DNA of 64,000 nucleotides from Felis catus (taxonomy: Eukaryota): positions 60,080,001 through 60,144,000 of the forward strand of contig NC_058368.1 of the NCBI RefSeq assembly GCF_018350175.1. Reading direction: 5' to 3'. This document shows, piece by piece, positions 35,981-49,137 of the stretch; position 1 is the first letter of the stretch, and each line of letters begins with the position of its first letter. Both the position numbers and the translations under genes were made by a program. The notes beneath the pieces are model-generated. The model did no database searches. It worked only from the letters and a program-made list of their open reading frames with translations, and was not told where the DNA came from.

Positions 35981-38553
35981 ATGAGAGTATTCAAATAATT
36001 TTACACGGAGCTTTTACTCTCTAAACATCTATTAAAATTAGTCTTTATTCCTGAGGACATTCAAATAGGCAAGCTCTTTAATCACTGAATACAATGGCCT
36101 GTCCACAGAACGCATCTTCTTTCAACACTGAAACACTATATACATTTTTTTTTTAATTTCCCACTTTGCTTCATTGGCATTATATATTTAGTCCTCTCCA
36201 GCATCATTTACTCTCCTTCCTTTGTGGTAAACTTGTTTTCTCTCCCACAGAAATTAAAAACTGTCACTTCAAATATTACTAAAAGCCATAGGTATAAAGT
36301 GAAAATACAAGAAAAATAGACAAAGCAGACTTTAAAAATCTAATTTTGCTGGAGGAAGTGGTGGCAGTTTCTTAAATTTGGAGATATTCACTAACTGGTT
36401 AAAATTAAAAATGCATTTAATTCATTTCCTAGTAACTGATACCTATCACCTATCACTTCCTATAGATCATAGACTCAGTGTACTTAATAAAGTTCTTTGA
36501 AAATAAATGTTAAATTTACTTGTTCTAAAAACAATTTTAAAACCTACAATAAATTCTGCTCCACTCATCAGAGTGCCCTACAGTAAATGATTATATGTTG
36601 GCATATTTTGCTCTTCCTCAATAAAAAAAAAAATTATAATTTGAGTTACTGTAATTCCATCATAGTTAATGTTTGGATTTTGATTTATTCTGTATATTAA
36701 AACAGCTAAACAATGTGTACAATTCATTTTAAAAGATAAATTGATATGCATCAAAATATATTTGAAATATCATATTTGAATAGATAATTTATATATATAT
36801 TTACTTCTAATAAATATTTTAATTCTTTCAAATGTGTATCTTACTTGTAGCTCTTTCAAAGAAATTAATTGAGTTAAATAAACAATTAGCATTTTTCTCC
36901 ATTTTGAAAATCCTGCAACATAGATCTACCTTCCAGTGTCTGTTCTGGAAAGCATTTTAGGTCTGTGGGCAGTCAAGAGTAAAAGCTAAAGAGAACCCTG
37001 ATCATTTACCTCCCATGTTTTCTTCTTTCGGCCTATTTAACTTTCCATTAGCTCACTCAACCTCCTGAGAAGTTATCAGTTAAGTTAAATGGAAATAGGG
37101 ACTTTTAACTGTTGAATTCAGTTTTTATGTTCTTGTTTGAGCATTTAAAAGCTTTGTTAGGGAAATATGAATGGAAACTAAATATTCAGTGGTTCTCCTG
37201 ATATTTGGATTAAAGGGCCTACGTTAAGTTCAACAGAACCAGAACAATCAGCTTGGAGACTTATTTTCTTGGGGTGTTATGAAAAATAAATGACTTTATG
37301 AAGGTATAAAAATTGTATTCATCAGCTGAGATATAATGTTTTAACAATCTTATAACCATGTTGCTCAAAACACTCTTGAGTTAATTGTTGGATTTTCCAA
37401 TTAACAAATGTTATGAATTAGTCTACTACAATGCACTTTCTTTAATATTTCAAAATAAAATTTTAGTTATGTATTATATGTAGTGAAGGAAATTCCAAGT
37501 TAAAGGGTGAAGTATCATATGTGAAATTAAAATTAATTTAGTTCATTTAGCATATGAAATAAGTTCAGCTTATAAGCATAAATGTCTATAAATGATTTTG
37601 TGAGCTTACACAAATTTGTGCAATCATTTGGTCAATTGCTGGAAGAAAGAATGACTACCCAAGAGGCTCATTCAGCTGGGAGGCACCTTCCTGGTGCCAT
37701 TTGATCAGTGCGCATCTGCACACATTAAATACTGTGAATGTTATCTTGAATATTAAACATATCAAATGTTACTCTTTAAGATGGCATACTTATCAAATAT
37801 ACATGGATATTTATTAAAAACATAAAATGTGCATAGTTCATAATTACTAACACATGTTTTCAAGCCTTTCCTCGTAAGTTGAAATAAATTTGCCTAAGTG
37901 GCCATATTTACTAATTGAAATGTAGTTCAATCTAAGTTTCTAGATTCACATTATTGAGCACAAGAGCATAACCATAATCTGACACCAACAGGAACAAGAA
38001 GATAAAGATGAATATTGCCATGCTGCACCATCAGTGAGAGAAGGAAACAGAAATTTTCCATTCTATTCCATTTTACTTTTCTCTACTGCTTTCTTACCAC
38101 AGAGTAGGTCTCTCATGGCTTTGGAAAACATCAAGCATTTAAATAATGTCCCACATAGCTTAAAATGTTCTATATGTAATAGATTTGTGTTGAAGGTATT
38201 TGCATACATCTTTTATAGAGTTAATTCAGTCCATCCATTTTTCACATTCCATTTCATTTTTTGAAACAATCAGTTTGTTTTCATATCTAACAGCCATAAA
38301 AAACTCACATAAAGCAACGTGAGTTTGATGGGGGTAGAGGTAAGAAAGAAACAAAGATGGTATATTGTGGGGGTTTAGCTAGTTTAGACCTACCGGACTT
38401 TTGGCATCCAGAGGTAGTCAGAAGTCCACCATATCCTGAGGAATGGGAAACAGGAAACACCAAGAAGTAAAGTATGTCAGACATAAATAAAGTTATGTTA
38501 AATTTCAGAAAAAAAAATAACATATTCAAAACTGCAGTCAACCAAGGCCTTAC

Positions 38554-38652
38554 CTCTGCTCTTCTTCTCGGAGACACTAAATAGAGCTTTTCTTTTATTC
38601 TTAAATTCTTATTCATACTTGAAAGTACTGCAGCAGTCTTAGAAGGGAAATG
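38554..38652 (-). other. Candidate 99-nt internal exon (unverified)
   Basis: Minus strand: TCTAATCTGTTTTCTCATGTTCCCACAG acceptor, GAG|GTAAGG donor, one open frame of 33 codons. Confidence 0.35.
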
Positions 38653-39383
38653 CTGTGGGAACATGAGAAAACAGATTAGAATAATCTTGATAATAAAGGT
38701 GAATTCTGATCCCGCTATAAAGACAGTACTGTAAGTTTATCGTAAGTTCATGTTCTATCTATCCATGTTTCAGACTAACTGATTCTGCTCAGGTTTTCCA
38801 GCTATTTTATTCAGGCTCAGAAGAAAGAGAGAGTGTGGCAAATTGTCTAGTTGTGAGTCTACAATTAACAAAACAGTATCTGGTCTTAGCGGAAAGTGAT
38901 CCCACTTAAGAGTATTAAATATGTGTTTGTGGGTAAGTAACTCATTAAAGACATGATGTCTTGGAGGGAGTAGGTAGAATAACATCATGCCCAGAAGAAT
39001 TCAGTTAATGAAGTGCCAAGCTCTAAAACCCATAACAGCTGGAGGCTATCTATCACAAAAGTTTCATTTGCTGCAGGGGCTCTTGGAATCACTGAATCTC
39101 AAAATGAACCCAACATCAGGGAACTAAATGGTAGTTTCTGCTTCAGAAAGCCGGGAAATATATTTTGTCATTTCTTATTTTTCTGTAATAAATTATATCT
39201 GTGATTTCTAATAAAATATGTTACATATGTAAGAATATATTTGGATAAAAAATTTAATTTTCCTGAGGTGAATGTTTTAAACACATTGATCAGAAGAGAA
39301 GCTCACTACCATGTTTGAACATCAAGGTTTCTAAAATAAGATATAGAATTAGCTATGCCAACTGCAGGTGTTTGCTACTTAAA

Positions 39384-39387
<4 letters not shown>

Positions 39388-39424
<37 letters not shown>
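39388..39424. repeat. (CA)n microsatellite
   Basis: Direct reading. Confidence 0.95.
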
Positions 39425-39427
<3 letters not shown>

Positions 39428-39722
39428 AACATGAGAAGTATATAAAAAACAAAAAAAAATTAATACTGGTGTTTTGTAAACGTAAGGACTGAAGATATAA
39501 GAAAAGATATAGCTAGCAGACGAAAACTCTGTTCCCCATCAAAATCTTTCCAAATACTGGTGGAAGTGGGGGACAGGGAGAAAATAAAGAGTAGTATCTT
39601 CAGGAAGAGAAAAATCCTAAGGATCATTGAAATACAGAAGTCATGTGGTCAATTGTTCCAGGGAGAAAACAATAGTCCAAGATTTATGTGAGACACCACA
39701 GCAAAAGGGACAGATTTGAAGG

Positions 39723-40080
39723 TGTTAAAAGATACACTGAGTCACATTAAAATTTATAACAATTTATTTGAGGCAACATCAATTTGAATCTGGCGGTGCC
39801 AAACAAAGTGTCTTTGGGTGCTCTCCACCACAGGAACTAGGAAGGAGGTTTTTATAGAAAAGAGGGAAGCAAAGCAAGGACATTTTTTGATTGTCTATAA
39901 CTAAAGCATTTGCTTTATTTTAAAAAGCCTAGTCAGCTGTTTGTGATTGATTGTTCTTAAGTTTCATTTTCTCAGATATAAGTGCATGGACTCTGGCTTA
40001 GATTTTGGTTGGCCTGTGCAGCCTACCAAAACATCAGAACCACCTCAGTTTAATGAGCAACTTGTTTAAGTTCTCTAAAG
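39723..40080 (-). mobile_element. Solo LTR, ERV1-like
   Basis: TGTTAAA start. Minus-strand AATAAA (TTTATT ~39763), TATAAAA (TTTTATA ~39851) and CAAT-like boxes in LTR order. AAGG on both flanks; right terminal CA is degenerate. Confidence 0.65.
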
Positions 40081-41205
40081 AAGGGCTTCTCCAGCCTGAG
40101 ATAAGGCATTGGCAGGAAGAGGGAAGTGGAAGAATCCTAAGACACACTTCAGTGAGTGTCTTGGTCAGAAGACTACAATAAGTCTAACCAAGTGTGCTTG
40201 CCCTTCCCCTCCCCTCAGAAAGGATAGGTGTCTTTTTTTAGGGCTTTTTAAAGTCAGAAACAAAGATGACTAGGATGGGAGGGGCAGGATGGGATGGGAG
40301 GATGGCTACCAGGATAGGAGTGACACACAGGATGGTCAGTGGCTGTCAACACTCAGAAGACAGAGGAAACTCCTAGGACAAGAAATTCCAGATCACTCCC
40401 TGGTGTGCCTCACCAAGGAGGACACCAGGTCTTCAAAATCACAGCTAATAGATCATGTCCAGATATTGCATCAACAAAGCAGAATGGACTTGATGTCTTG
40501 GAAAGTAATGATACTCAGAGTTAAAATAAAGACAGAAACAAAGTTGTACTGAGTGTTCAAAAGGGTACAATTGTAGAACACCTTATGATAGAAGAGCTGG
40601 AACTGAAATTTTCTCATAAAATGCAACAAAAAGGGTGACATATTATGCTCATGATAATAGATCAATGAAAGTAGTTGATAATTTTTAACATGAAAACATG
40701 ATCAAAACTCTTTGTAAATATATAAAAACTGCTTTTAATTATAAAAAATTTCTTCTAGAAACATATTAATCACCAAATGTGTTGTTCTATCATTGGCACT
40801 GTTCCCATAAATATCAATAACAAGATGTTATCTAGTATTTAAGGTCACAACTATAGTAAGAAATATGCTATAAATATAGTAATTAGTAGATGCTATAAAG
40901 AATAACAAAACATAAAACATAAAGCTCAGAAAAAGGACTTTGGCTTGTATTAGGAGAAGGGTCCCATATTCCCCTAACATATTTACAAATATATTATCAA
41001 TGGAGGTAATTTGGGTGGTAGGAAGTTGTGTGAGGTAATTCATGAGGAGTTCAATTTCTCTGTAAAGAAAGTGTGGGTTCTGAGAGTATTGAGGAACAGC
41101 ACACTGACTCCATCAAAGTTCAACCCACTCAATAAATTAGAATTATATTCATATATTTTGATATATAGTAATTATCAGAGTCTTCCCATTAAAAAGAAAG
41201 AGCAC

Positions 41206-41378
41206 GGGGCACCTGGGTGGCTCAGTGGATTAAGTGTCTGACTCTTGATTTTGGCTCAGGTCATGATCTCAGGGTTGTTAGATTGGGCCCGACATGGGCT
41301 CCACACTGAGCATGGAGCCTGCTTAAGATTTTCTCTCCCCCCTTGCCCCTTCCCTTCTCATGCTGCTAGCATGGGCAT

Positions 41379-41413
<35 letters not shown>

Positions 41414-41421
41414 AAAAAAAA
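41206..41421 (+). mobile_element. Can-SINE
   Basis: GGGGCACCTGGGTGGCTCAG head, (CT)n, poly-A; TSD AAAGAGCAC (41197-41205, 41422-41430). Confidence 0.94.
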
Positions 41422-43094
41422 AAAGAGCACAGTCTTTCTTACACATTTTATTATACATTTTTACTAAACCGCATCTCTCTTCTTTCTACATGTCAGGTAG
41501 AGAGCAGAGAATGTTTATTTATTGTGCTTAGTCTTACTTTGATATATGAACTATAAATGCCTCATGGTTTTTAGATATTTAAGTCATATACTATCAGGCT
41601 AAATGTATGCTGGCCCAAATCCAGTGTCCTTTCGTCATCTTTCCTTAGTTGCTGTATAGTTCATGATGATCTCACCCTCATTTTAATGTCTTTAGTAATT
41701 TTTGAAAGTACCTCTTCCTATTTACATGTATTGTCATGATTTCTTTATATTAAGGGCAATAGAACAATCCATGATCAAGCTTCTACCTTTTGCTTCAATG
41801 ATGTTTTTCTTTTCTTAAAATTAACATTAATTGCTAACTGCTCATTTTGATGTTGTCTTTTTTATTTTCCAATTTTGACGTATAATTCACAACATATTTT
41901 TGTAGGTGGAATCAATGATATGAGTTTGCTAACTTGACAGATTTGAAGAGACTAAAGGGCTTTTTAAGAGTACAAGTAATCAAATAGTGGTAGTATTTTA
42001 AAAATAACTCTAATTATAATGTATACCTCAATTTTATTTTCCAATAAAAAGTAAATCAGAGTATAAAACTGTCATTCTTAATCATTCAGATATAATAACC
42101 TTGAATATTAGTAATACATACATATGCATGTAAAGATGGAGAATGTATGGATATAGATAGATGATAAATAGATCTATACATAGTATAAAAAGAAAGATAC
42201 AGTTATAACTGTATAATTAAAGAGGTCTTCCTTTATTCCATTAATATTGATGTTTATATCACAACACACAACACTGTATATCACAACATGTTGTTTTTGA
42301 GAACTTAAAGAAGGTCCAATAAGTATTGCCCTTCTTTTCTGTTTGATATTTTTTAACAACCCATAAGATAATAAAATATAATTGGCTTATAGGCTCAAAA
42401 TGTCACTTTGTAAAGTTGACATTTGGGAATACGCATGACTGGTCGTTTTATACGTAGGGCCCAGCTAGGTACACAGAATGGAAGATAGAATCAGAGGGAA
42501 AAGAAGGGAAGGAAGGAAAGAACAAGGTGTTGCCATGAATTTTTCCTGACATAATCACACATCAGATAAGTCGCCCTCTCCCACACAGAGAGACTGAATA
42601 TGAGAGGACATAATATTCAGGGCTTTTGTGGCTCCCCAGGCTCCATTCACATGAGCGAATAATAAGAATGCCCTGACCATATGCTTTTGTACCTTACATG
42701 GAAGTAAGCAAGGAGAGTTAAAGGAAAACAACTCAGATACATTTCCAGTCATAGTAATGAATTTTTTCTGTATAAAAAAAATAACTTGGAGTCAATGAAT
42801 ATTTTATAGCAGGAGAATATTTATAAGGTGATATTCAACCTGCTTCCCATAAAATGCAAGATAAATTATAAAACTCTTCCCAAAGGCAGCAAATTATAAA
42901 CTTTGACAGTGCATTTATAACAGGATTTTATTTTGTATTATAGAAAAGTGAGAGTCATTATATTCCAGAATTGCGTGCAAGATTGTGGGACATGACGGAA
43001 GCACAAATACCTCAAGCTAGAGTTGGTGAAAATATTCTGAAATTTCAACAAGAAGTTTGAAGAACTCATGTGGTTTTTTATGTTTTATTCTTTG

Positions 43095-43210
43095 TTTTTT
43101 ATTATTATTATTATTTCAGTATAGTTGATGCACAATGCTGCATTAGTTTCAGGCATACAACATAGTGATTTGACAAGTTTATACATTATGTTATGCTCAC
43201 TTCATGTGGC
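43095..43210 (-). mobile_element. Short carnivore L1 3'-end fragment
   Basis: (TTA)n tail then GTATAGTTGA...ATTAGTTTCAGGCATACAACATAGTGATTTGACA. Confidence 0.7.
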
Positions 43211-43734
43211 TTCTTTAAAATTCACATGCAAAAACCTGATGTTTTCAACACCGATAGCAGAAATATGGTACAGATAGCATAGAATTTAAATTAAAAAAAA
43301 GAAGAGAGAAATTTGAGTAGGTAACAGATCTACACCTCACCCACATTTGACAAAGAATTTTCCCGCATTCTTTAACAAGGTGCTCTAGGGAGTTAATTTT
43401 TTGCCTGTACTTATTACATACATATCTATCATGTGTATATGCTGTAGGCAAATTTTTTCTACTTCATTAATATTCTGGGATTATTCACCCTATAGGGACT
43501 TTTTGTAGTCTTAAAACTTTCAGCTTGAACACTAATAGGATATCATTAAAGAGAAATTCTTAATTTAGAGATCTCAAATATTTTGACAGGTACACTCAAC
43601 ACACTGGAGCTAGCACTATGTGGGTTAAGTAACTAAAATGGAATCACCATGAGTTCAATCTGTCATATATTTGAGGGGAAGGGCAGGTGGGAGTATGTTT
43701 CATAAGGTCCCTGGTGTAGAGAGTGATGTTTGTC

Positions 43735-44165
43735 CATATTTTGAGGCAATGCTGGCCTCATGGAATGAATTAGGAAGTGTTCCTTACTCCTCATTTTTAT
43801 TTTTGGAAAAGTTTGAGAAGGATTGGTATTAGCTAATCTTTAAATATTTGGTATAAGTAATTAATAAAGCCATTAGGTCCAGAGTTTATTGGGGGATTTT
43901 GACTACTTATTCAATCTCCTTACTAAGTCTATTCAGTTTTTCTATCATGATTTAGTCTTGGTAGGTTTTATATTTCTAGGAATTTGTCCATTTTTTTTAG
44001 GTTATCCAATGTTTTGGTATACAGTTGTCCATGGTACTCTTTTATAATTCATATTATTTCTGTGGAATGAGTAGTGATTTTCTTGCTTTCTTCTATGATT
44101 TTATTAATCTTTGTCTTCTCTGTACTTTCTTTTTCTTAAATTTTTTAACATTTATTTATTATATT

Positions 44166-44215
<50 letters not shown>

Positions 44216-44685
44216 TGGGGGAGATGCAGAGAGAGAGGGAGACACAGAATCTGAAGCAGCCTCCAGGCTCCAAGCCGTCAGCACAGAGACTGACATGGGG
44301 CTTGAAGGCACCAATAGGGAGATCTTGACCTGACCCGAAGTTGGATGGATGCTCAACCGATTGAGCCACCCAGGCGCCCCATCTTTGTACTTTGTAAACA
44401 ATCAAGGTAAAGGTTTGTCAAGGTAGTTGATCTTTCTGAGGAACTTACTTTTGCTTTTGTTGATTTTGTCTATTGGTTTTCTATTCTTTATTTCACTTAT
44501 CTCCTTTCTAATCTTTATTATGTCCTTACTTCTGCTAGATTTGAGTTTGTTCTTATTTTATTCCTTAAGTTAAAAATTTTATCATTTAATTCAGATCTTA
44601 TTTTTAATATAAGCATGAAATAGCTAATATGGTCTAAATAAAATAAAGTAGCTATAAATTTTCCCCTTAGCATTGCTTTTGTCTT
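43735..44685 (-). mobile_element. Old L1 ORF2 fragment interrupted by a SINE
   Basis: AATGCTGGCCTCATGGAATGAATTAGGAAGTGTTCC...GTTTGAGAAGGATTGGTATTAG...TCTAGGAATTTGTCCATTT. Confidence 0.85.
44130..44380 (-). mobile_element. Can-SINE with expanded (GA)n at 44169-44210
   Basis: Ends GAGCCACCCAGGCGCCCC; TGTACTTT on both flanks. Confidence 0.94.
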
Positions 44686-45737
44686 TCACACAAAGTAGAT
44701 CCAAATATATGTACATTAAGACAATCCTCACTTTCATTAGCAAATAAGGAAATACACATGTAATCCATAATGTAAACTGCAAAAACATGTAAACTTCTAT
44801 TCAAACACTAGATTTGTACTTATAGCAAGTCTAACATGCCAGGATGTGATTTAAAAAAATAAAATTTGGGGAAATGCATGCCCCTATTCTCTGATGTGAC
44901 AATAACACTTTTAAGTTCAAAGCAGAATTTTATTATAATCTAACTTGTAAACAACACACATACATTAATGAATGATTTGATGAGTCAATTGTAGTTAAGT
45001 CATTCAACAATAAAAATAATAGATTATAACAATAGGACTATGGATTAAACTCATAAATGAAATATTGAACAAAAATAGCCAGTCACAAAGGAAAATTAAA
45101 AGTTAAAAGACGAAGATAAAAGTGGAGGGGTTAGGCCTTGATTGAAATGATGCAAGTTTCAGTGTATTAGATGATTTCTAATTGGATTTTGTATCATATC
45201 AAATCCCATTTAAATAGTTGATGATCAATATCCCTTGGCAATCATAATGGCAGTAGATAAATCTTTTTTTCAAAGATTTTGCGTTAGATGCAAGTCTCTC
45301 TATAGAAAGCAGCTTATCTCTATGATAAGGTGAATATTTTTATGCTAAATTAGCAAATATGATTTCTCATGATGGTTCTAATTACTCAAGTTCTGTACAG
45401 AAATCCAAGATACATTTGCCTTTTGACATTTTTATTTATGTGCAAACACTGTTTCTAAGTTTCTATTGATTGATTTTTTTAGCTGAGTTCACAAAAAAAG
45501 ACTTATACTTTGATATCTTCAGAGGTCACAAAAGCAATGAAAACCAGGAACTGCCTGCACTAAGTGACATCATATAGTTTTACCCCAATAATTACTAATG
45601 GAAAATGTTGCAACTGCCAATTCCACAATGACCTACTTCAGAGAATTGGAAGAAATTTGAGACTTTCAGAAGAAGATGATGTCATTTTTCATAAAAGAAC
45701 TTCTACTCTATTTCAAACCACAAAGGAGTATAAAGCC

Positions 45738-45887
45738 TGTTGGGGAGGAAGAATTTTCTTTACCCTTAAAGATCCTTCTATCTGGACTTAGAATCAAATT
45801 GACATGAGACAGATTAGTAGGAAGGTGAAAGGAGATGTTTGGAAAACAAAGGTTGCCCATTTGGGGGTAGCCTATCCTTGGCCCTTA
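45738..45887 (-). mobile_element. Internally deleted ERV1-like (MER34-like) LTR
   Basis: TGTTGGGG terminus; shares inverted homology with 45888-46092. Confidence 0.6.
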
Positions 45888-46095
45888 AAAGGCCAAGACG
45901 GGCTACTTTGGCCTGAACATTATTTTGAGTTAAAAGCCATCCAAGTCCAGTAGATTCAGAAAAAGCTCTTTATCTCTGCCTACTTGTGCCTACCAATGGC
46001 CTACTTGTGCCAGGAAGAGAGCTAGTAACAGACATTCCTCTTTACCTAAGAAACTTATCTGCATAATAGGGCAACCTTTGTTTTGCAAATATTTG
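45888..46095 (+). mobile_element. ERV1-like (MER34-like) LTR 5' part
   Basis: GCTACTTTGGC...ATTATTTTGAGTTAAAAGC...AAGAAACTTATCTGCATAA...CAACCTTTG resembles MER34-group U3 as I recall it. Confidence 0.6.
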
Positions 46096-46665
46096 TGCTT
46101 TCTGAAAATGTGAATTCACATTGCTTAATAACTCTGATCATTCCAAAGTCATTAACTCAGCAAACATTTCCTTTACTCATACTCTGTTCTGTTTTATGTA
46201 GAACTCTAATCAGATATATGTTGGGCCTTCTCCTGTCAAAGCTCAATGTTTCTACACACATCTTTCATGTTGTCTTTCTCCACCACACATGCTTGCGGTA
46301 GAGAGTGTTCAGATAAAATTTTTACCTTGGTATTTGACAATTTCACTGTGATTTTCATTTTATTCTTCATATTTTTGTTACAATAAATTATATTTTTATC
46401 CATCATTTTAATCTACTCCTGCTCTTGGCTCGTGTTTTTATTCATTCTTGCAGTAAATCATATTTTACATCTTACCTATTTCATATACTAGACTTGAAAT
46501 TCCTGATATCTGGTTTTGTATTATTTTCTGTTGTTTGTTGTTAGCATTCACTCTCACTTAGCATGATATCTTTCCTTGAGTGTTTTATATTTTTTTCTTT
46601 GTCTTTCTTATTGAGAACATATATCTGTTGGAAGTCTATAATGTGTGTGTTAAACATCAGGTATA

Positions 46666-46865
46666 GGAACACTTGGGTGACTCAGTCATTTAAGCTTTTG
46701 ACCCTTGATTTGGCTCAGGTCACTGTCTCACGGTTTGTGGGTTTGAGCCTCAATCAGGCTTTGTGCTGACAGTGCACAACTTGCTTAGGATTCTCTCTCT
46801 CCCTCTCTCTGCCCTTCCCCCACTTGCATGTGCTCACTTTCCCCTCTCTCTCAAAATATACAAAT
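46666..46865 (+). mobile_element. Older Can-SINE followed by (TG)n
   Basis: TGGGTGACTCAGTC...TTGGCTCAGGTC...GTGCTGACAGTG...GGATTCTCTCTC. Confidence 0.9.
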
Positions 46866-47260
46866 ATGCATGTGTATGCTTGTGTGTGTGTGTGTGTGTT
46901 ATGGTCCATGAAAATAGCATAATATGGGGTCGCAGACCATGTGAGGCTATCCACAGTGGAAACCCTTCAGGGAATTCATTTTTTCTTTATAGAGAACTAA
47001 GTCTGAGATAAACATTTAAATATTTTATGGATACAGTGCTTTGTGAAAAATGTTTTTCCCATTTTCCCCATTTTCTGTGTTACATGTGTATGAGGTATAG
47101 TCTTTAATTCCTCAAATTTAGCCTTAATCATCTTCCTATTCATTAAGATTCTAAGATACTTCAGTTCATAGATATTTATCTGTGATACACTGTAGATTCA
47201 GTGCTCTCTTACCTTCATAGATCTATGTTCCAGACTTGCTTGTGGCTTCAGATAATTTCT

Positions 47261-47505
47261 TTTTTTTTTTTAATTTTTTTAAGTTTATTTATTTTGGGAG
47301 AGACAGAGACTGCATGAGCAGGGGAGGGGAAGAGAGAGAGGAAGAGAGAGAGAGAGAGAGAGACAGAGACAGAGAGAATCTCGAACAGCTTCCGCATTGC
47401 CAGCACAGAGCCCCATGTGGGGCTCCAACTCACGACATTGCAAGATAGTGACCTGAGCCAAAACCGAGAGTCGGTGCTTGACCAACTGAGCCTCCCAGGT
47501 GCCCC
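47261..47505 (-). mobile_element. Can-SINE
   Basis: 17-bp TSD GGCTTCAG(A/G)TAATTTCT (47244-47260, 47506-47522). Confidence 0.95.
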
Positions 47506-48989
47506 GGCTTCAGGTAATTTCTATTAATGTATTTAAGGCCAGTTACTCAGAAATATTTTTAACTTAATCATATGTATAGACATTAAGATGTTTGGTAGTG
47601 TGAAGATTTCACAATACTACTAAAATCAGAATTCAATAAAGAGTTTCCTCAAATTGAATCAACAATTTAAACACACAGTTCTTATAACGAAAGCGAGAAA
47701 ACAAAGACCAATTATCTCATGAAATCGTTTAATTTATAAAATCAAGATACAAAATGTTAATATTTGCCTTGATACTGATACATTTTTAGGACACAGCACA
47801 ACTGCCGTAAAAATTTGACTGAGTGTACCCAAATATTTTTTTTACAAATGGAGTTTTTAATTTGTAACATGAAAAAGAGAATAAAAGTTTCAATAAAAGT
47901 ATGAATATTTTCATAACATTCATAACACACGTGACATTACATTTGAAATTGCATTTGAAGTTCTTTTAAGGTAAATATTCTTAAAAATCAGTAGGAAATA
48001 GTCCTGAAATCAGAAGTTTTAACACCCTACGGTTAATAAACACATTTTGGATGTACTCTTTCTCTTGAGAGCAAATTGGAATACTTAATATTTTTTGGAA
48101 GCTAATTGCACTCTCATTTAGTTTAATGAACATTTTCAGTAGTAATATTATGATTCATGTTTCTCTGGGAAAGAGCAGCTTGATACTTACGAAGTGTTGA
48201 GTTGTTCTGTGCATGACATGTGGCTACTCTGGGAATTTTTTTTTTTTTAACAATTAGCTCAGTTTTACATTGCCAATTATTTCTTAGAGGAATCTATTCC
48301 TGTGTTGAGAATGTGTTGTTAATACTTGGAATAATGAAGCTGGTCTTCAACAGCACTGTAACTGTTCTAGAGAGAATTTTACTTGAATGTATCAGTCCCA
48401 TTCTTTCCGTTTACTAGCAAGATTCCTGCTGGAAATGATCATCAGCTAGTCGTATGACCATTTAGTAGAGGGAGGAGGGAGACGCTCTCTAAAACTCTGT
48501 AGTCAGCAGTTTTTCATTTTGTTTTATAGGTTTCAAAATAATTATTTGTAAAGATGTCAGATTTTATGTATGTGAATTATCATTAATATTGACATTTTAG
48601 TAGAGACAAACAATTACAGTTTTTACCCTCTCAAGTTTGTGCCCAATAGAATGACAGGAGTATAAATTAAAATGTTACCAGCTTCACTATCAATGAAGAA
48701 TGTTGGTGAGCAGGGCTTGTAGCTACTTCCCAAACTGCACAATCTAAACTAGAAAAATACCTCCACACTGCCTTGCACATGTGCCCCTCCTCATTCCTAC
48801 AGCTCCTCTCTCAGCTTTTGTTTCGTCAGTTTGATTTTTCTCCTCTCCCAGCTCTGCTCTCTTTTCCACCTCAGTTATCAGTGGCTGCCTGCTGCACATG
48901 ACCTCAGGCAGTGGTTTACAGCACTGGTTGCTGCACGCCTTTAACTTCTCTTTTGCACAGATTCTGGAATCTGATATTTCCAGAATGAA

Positions 48990-49137
48990 TGAAACCAAGC
49001 CAATTTGGCCAGATGCCATGTTGGAGAGGTCCACATGGCAAGGAATAAAGAGCAATATCCAGTCAATAGCTCGCAAAGAACTGAGACCTTCAGTCAGATG
49101 TCCATGAGGACCTAATTCTGCCAACAACCATGGGAAT
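48990..49137 (+). mobile_element. MaLR LTR fragment (MLT1E/F-like)
   Basis: GCCATGTTGGAGAGGTCCACATGGCAAGGAA...GAACTGAGACCTTCAGTC...AATTCTGCCAACAACCA. Confidence 0.75.

Noticed and set aside
36232..36297. Acceptor TTTTCTCTCCCACAG followed 41 nt later by AG|GTATAA
   Set aside because: Weak donor, length not a multiple of 3, and the region may be L2-derived.
37683..37699. GGCACC-TTCCT-GGTGCC hairpin
   Set aside because: A 6-bp stem is expected by chance at this window size.
38305..38664. 119-aa minus-strand ORF as a single-exon gene
   Set aside because: No recognisable domain; it reads through the candidate splice sites, so only the 99-nt core is kept as a candidate.
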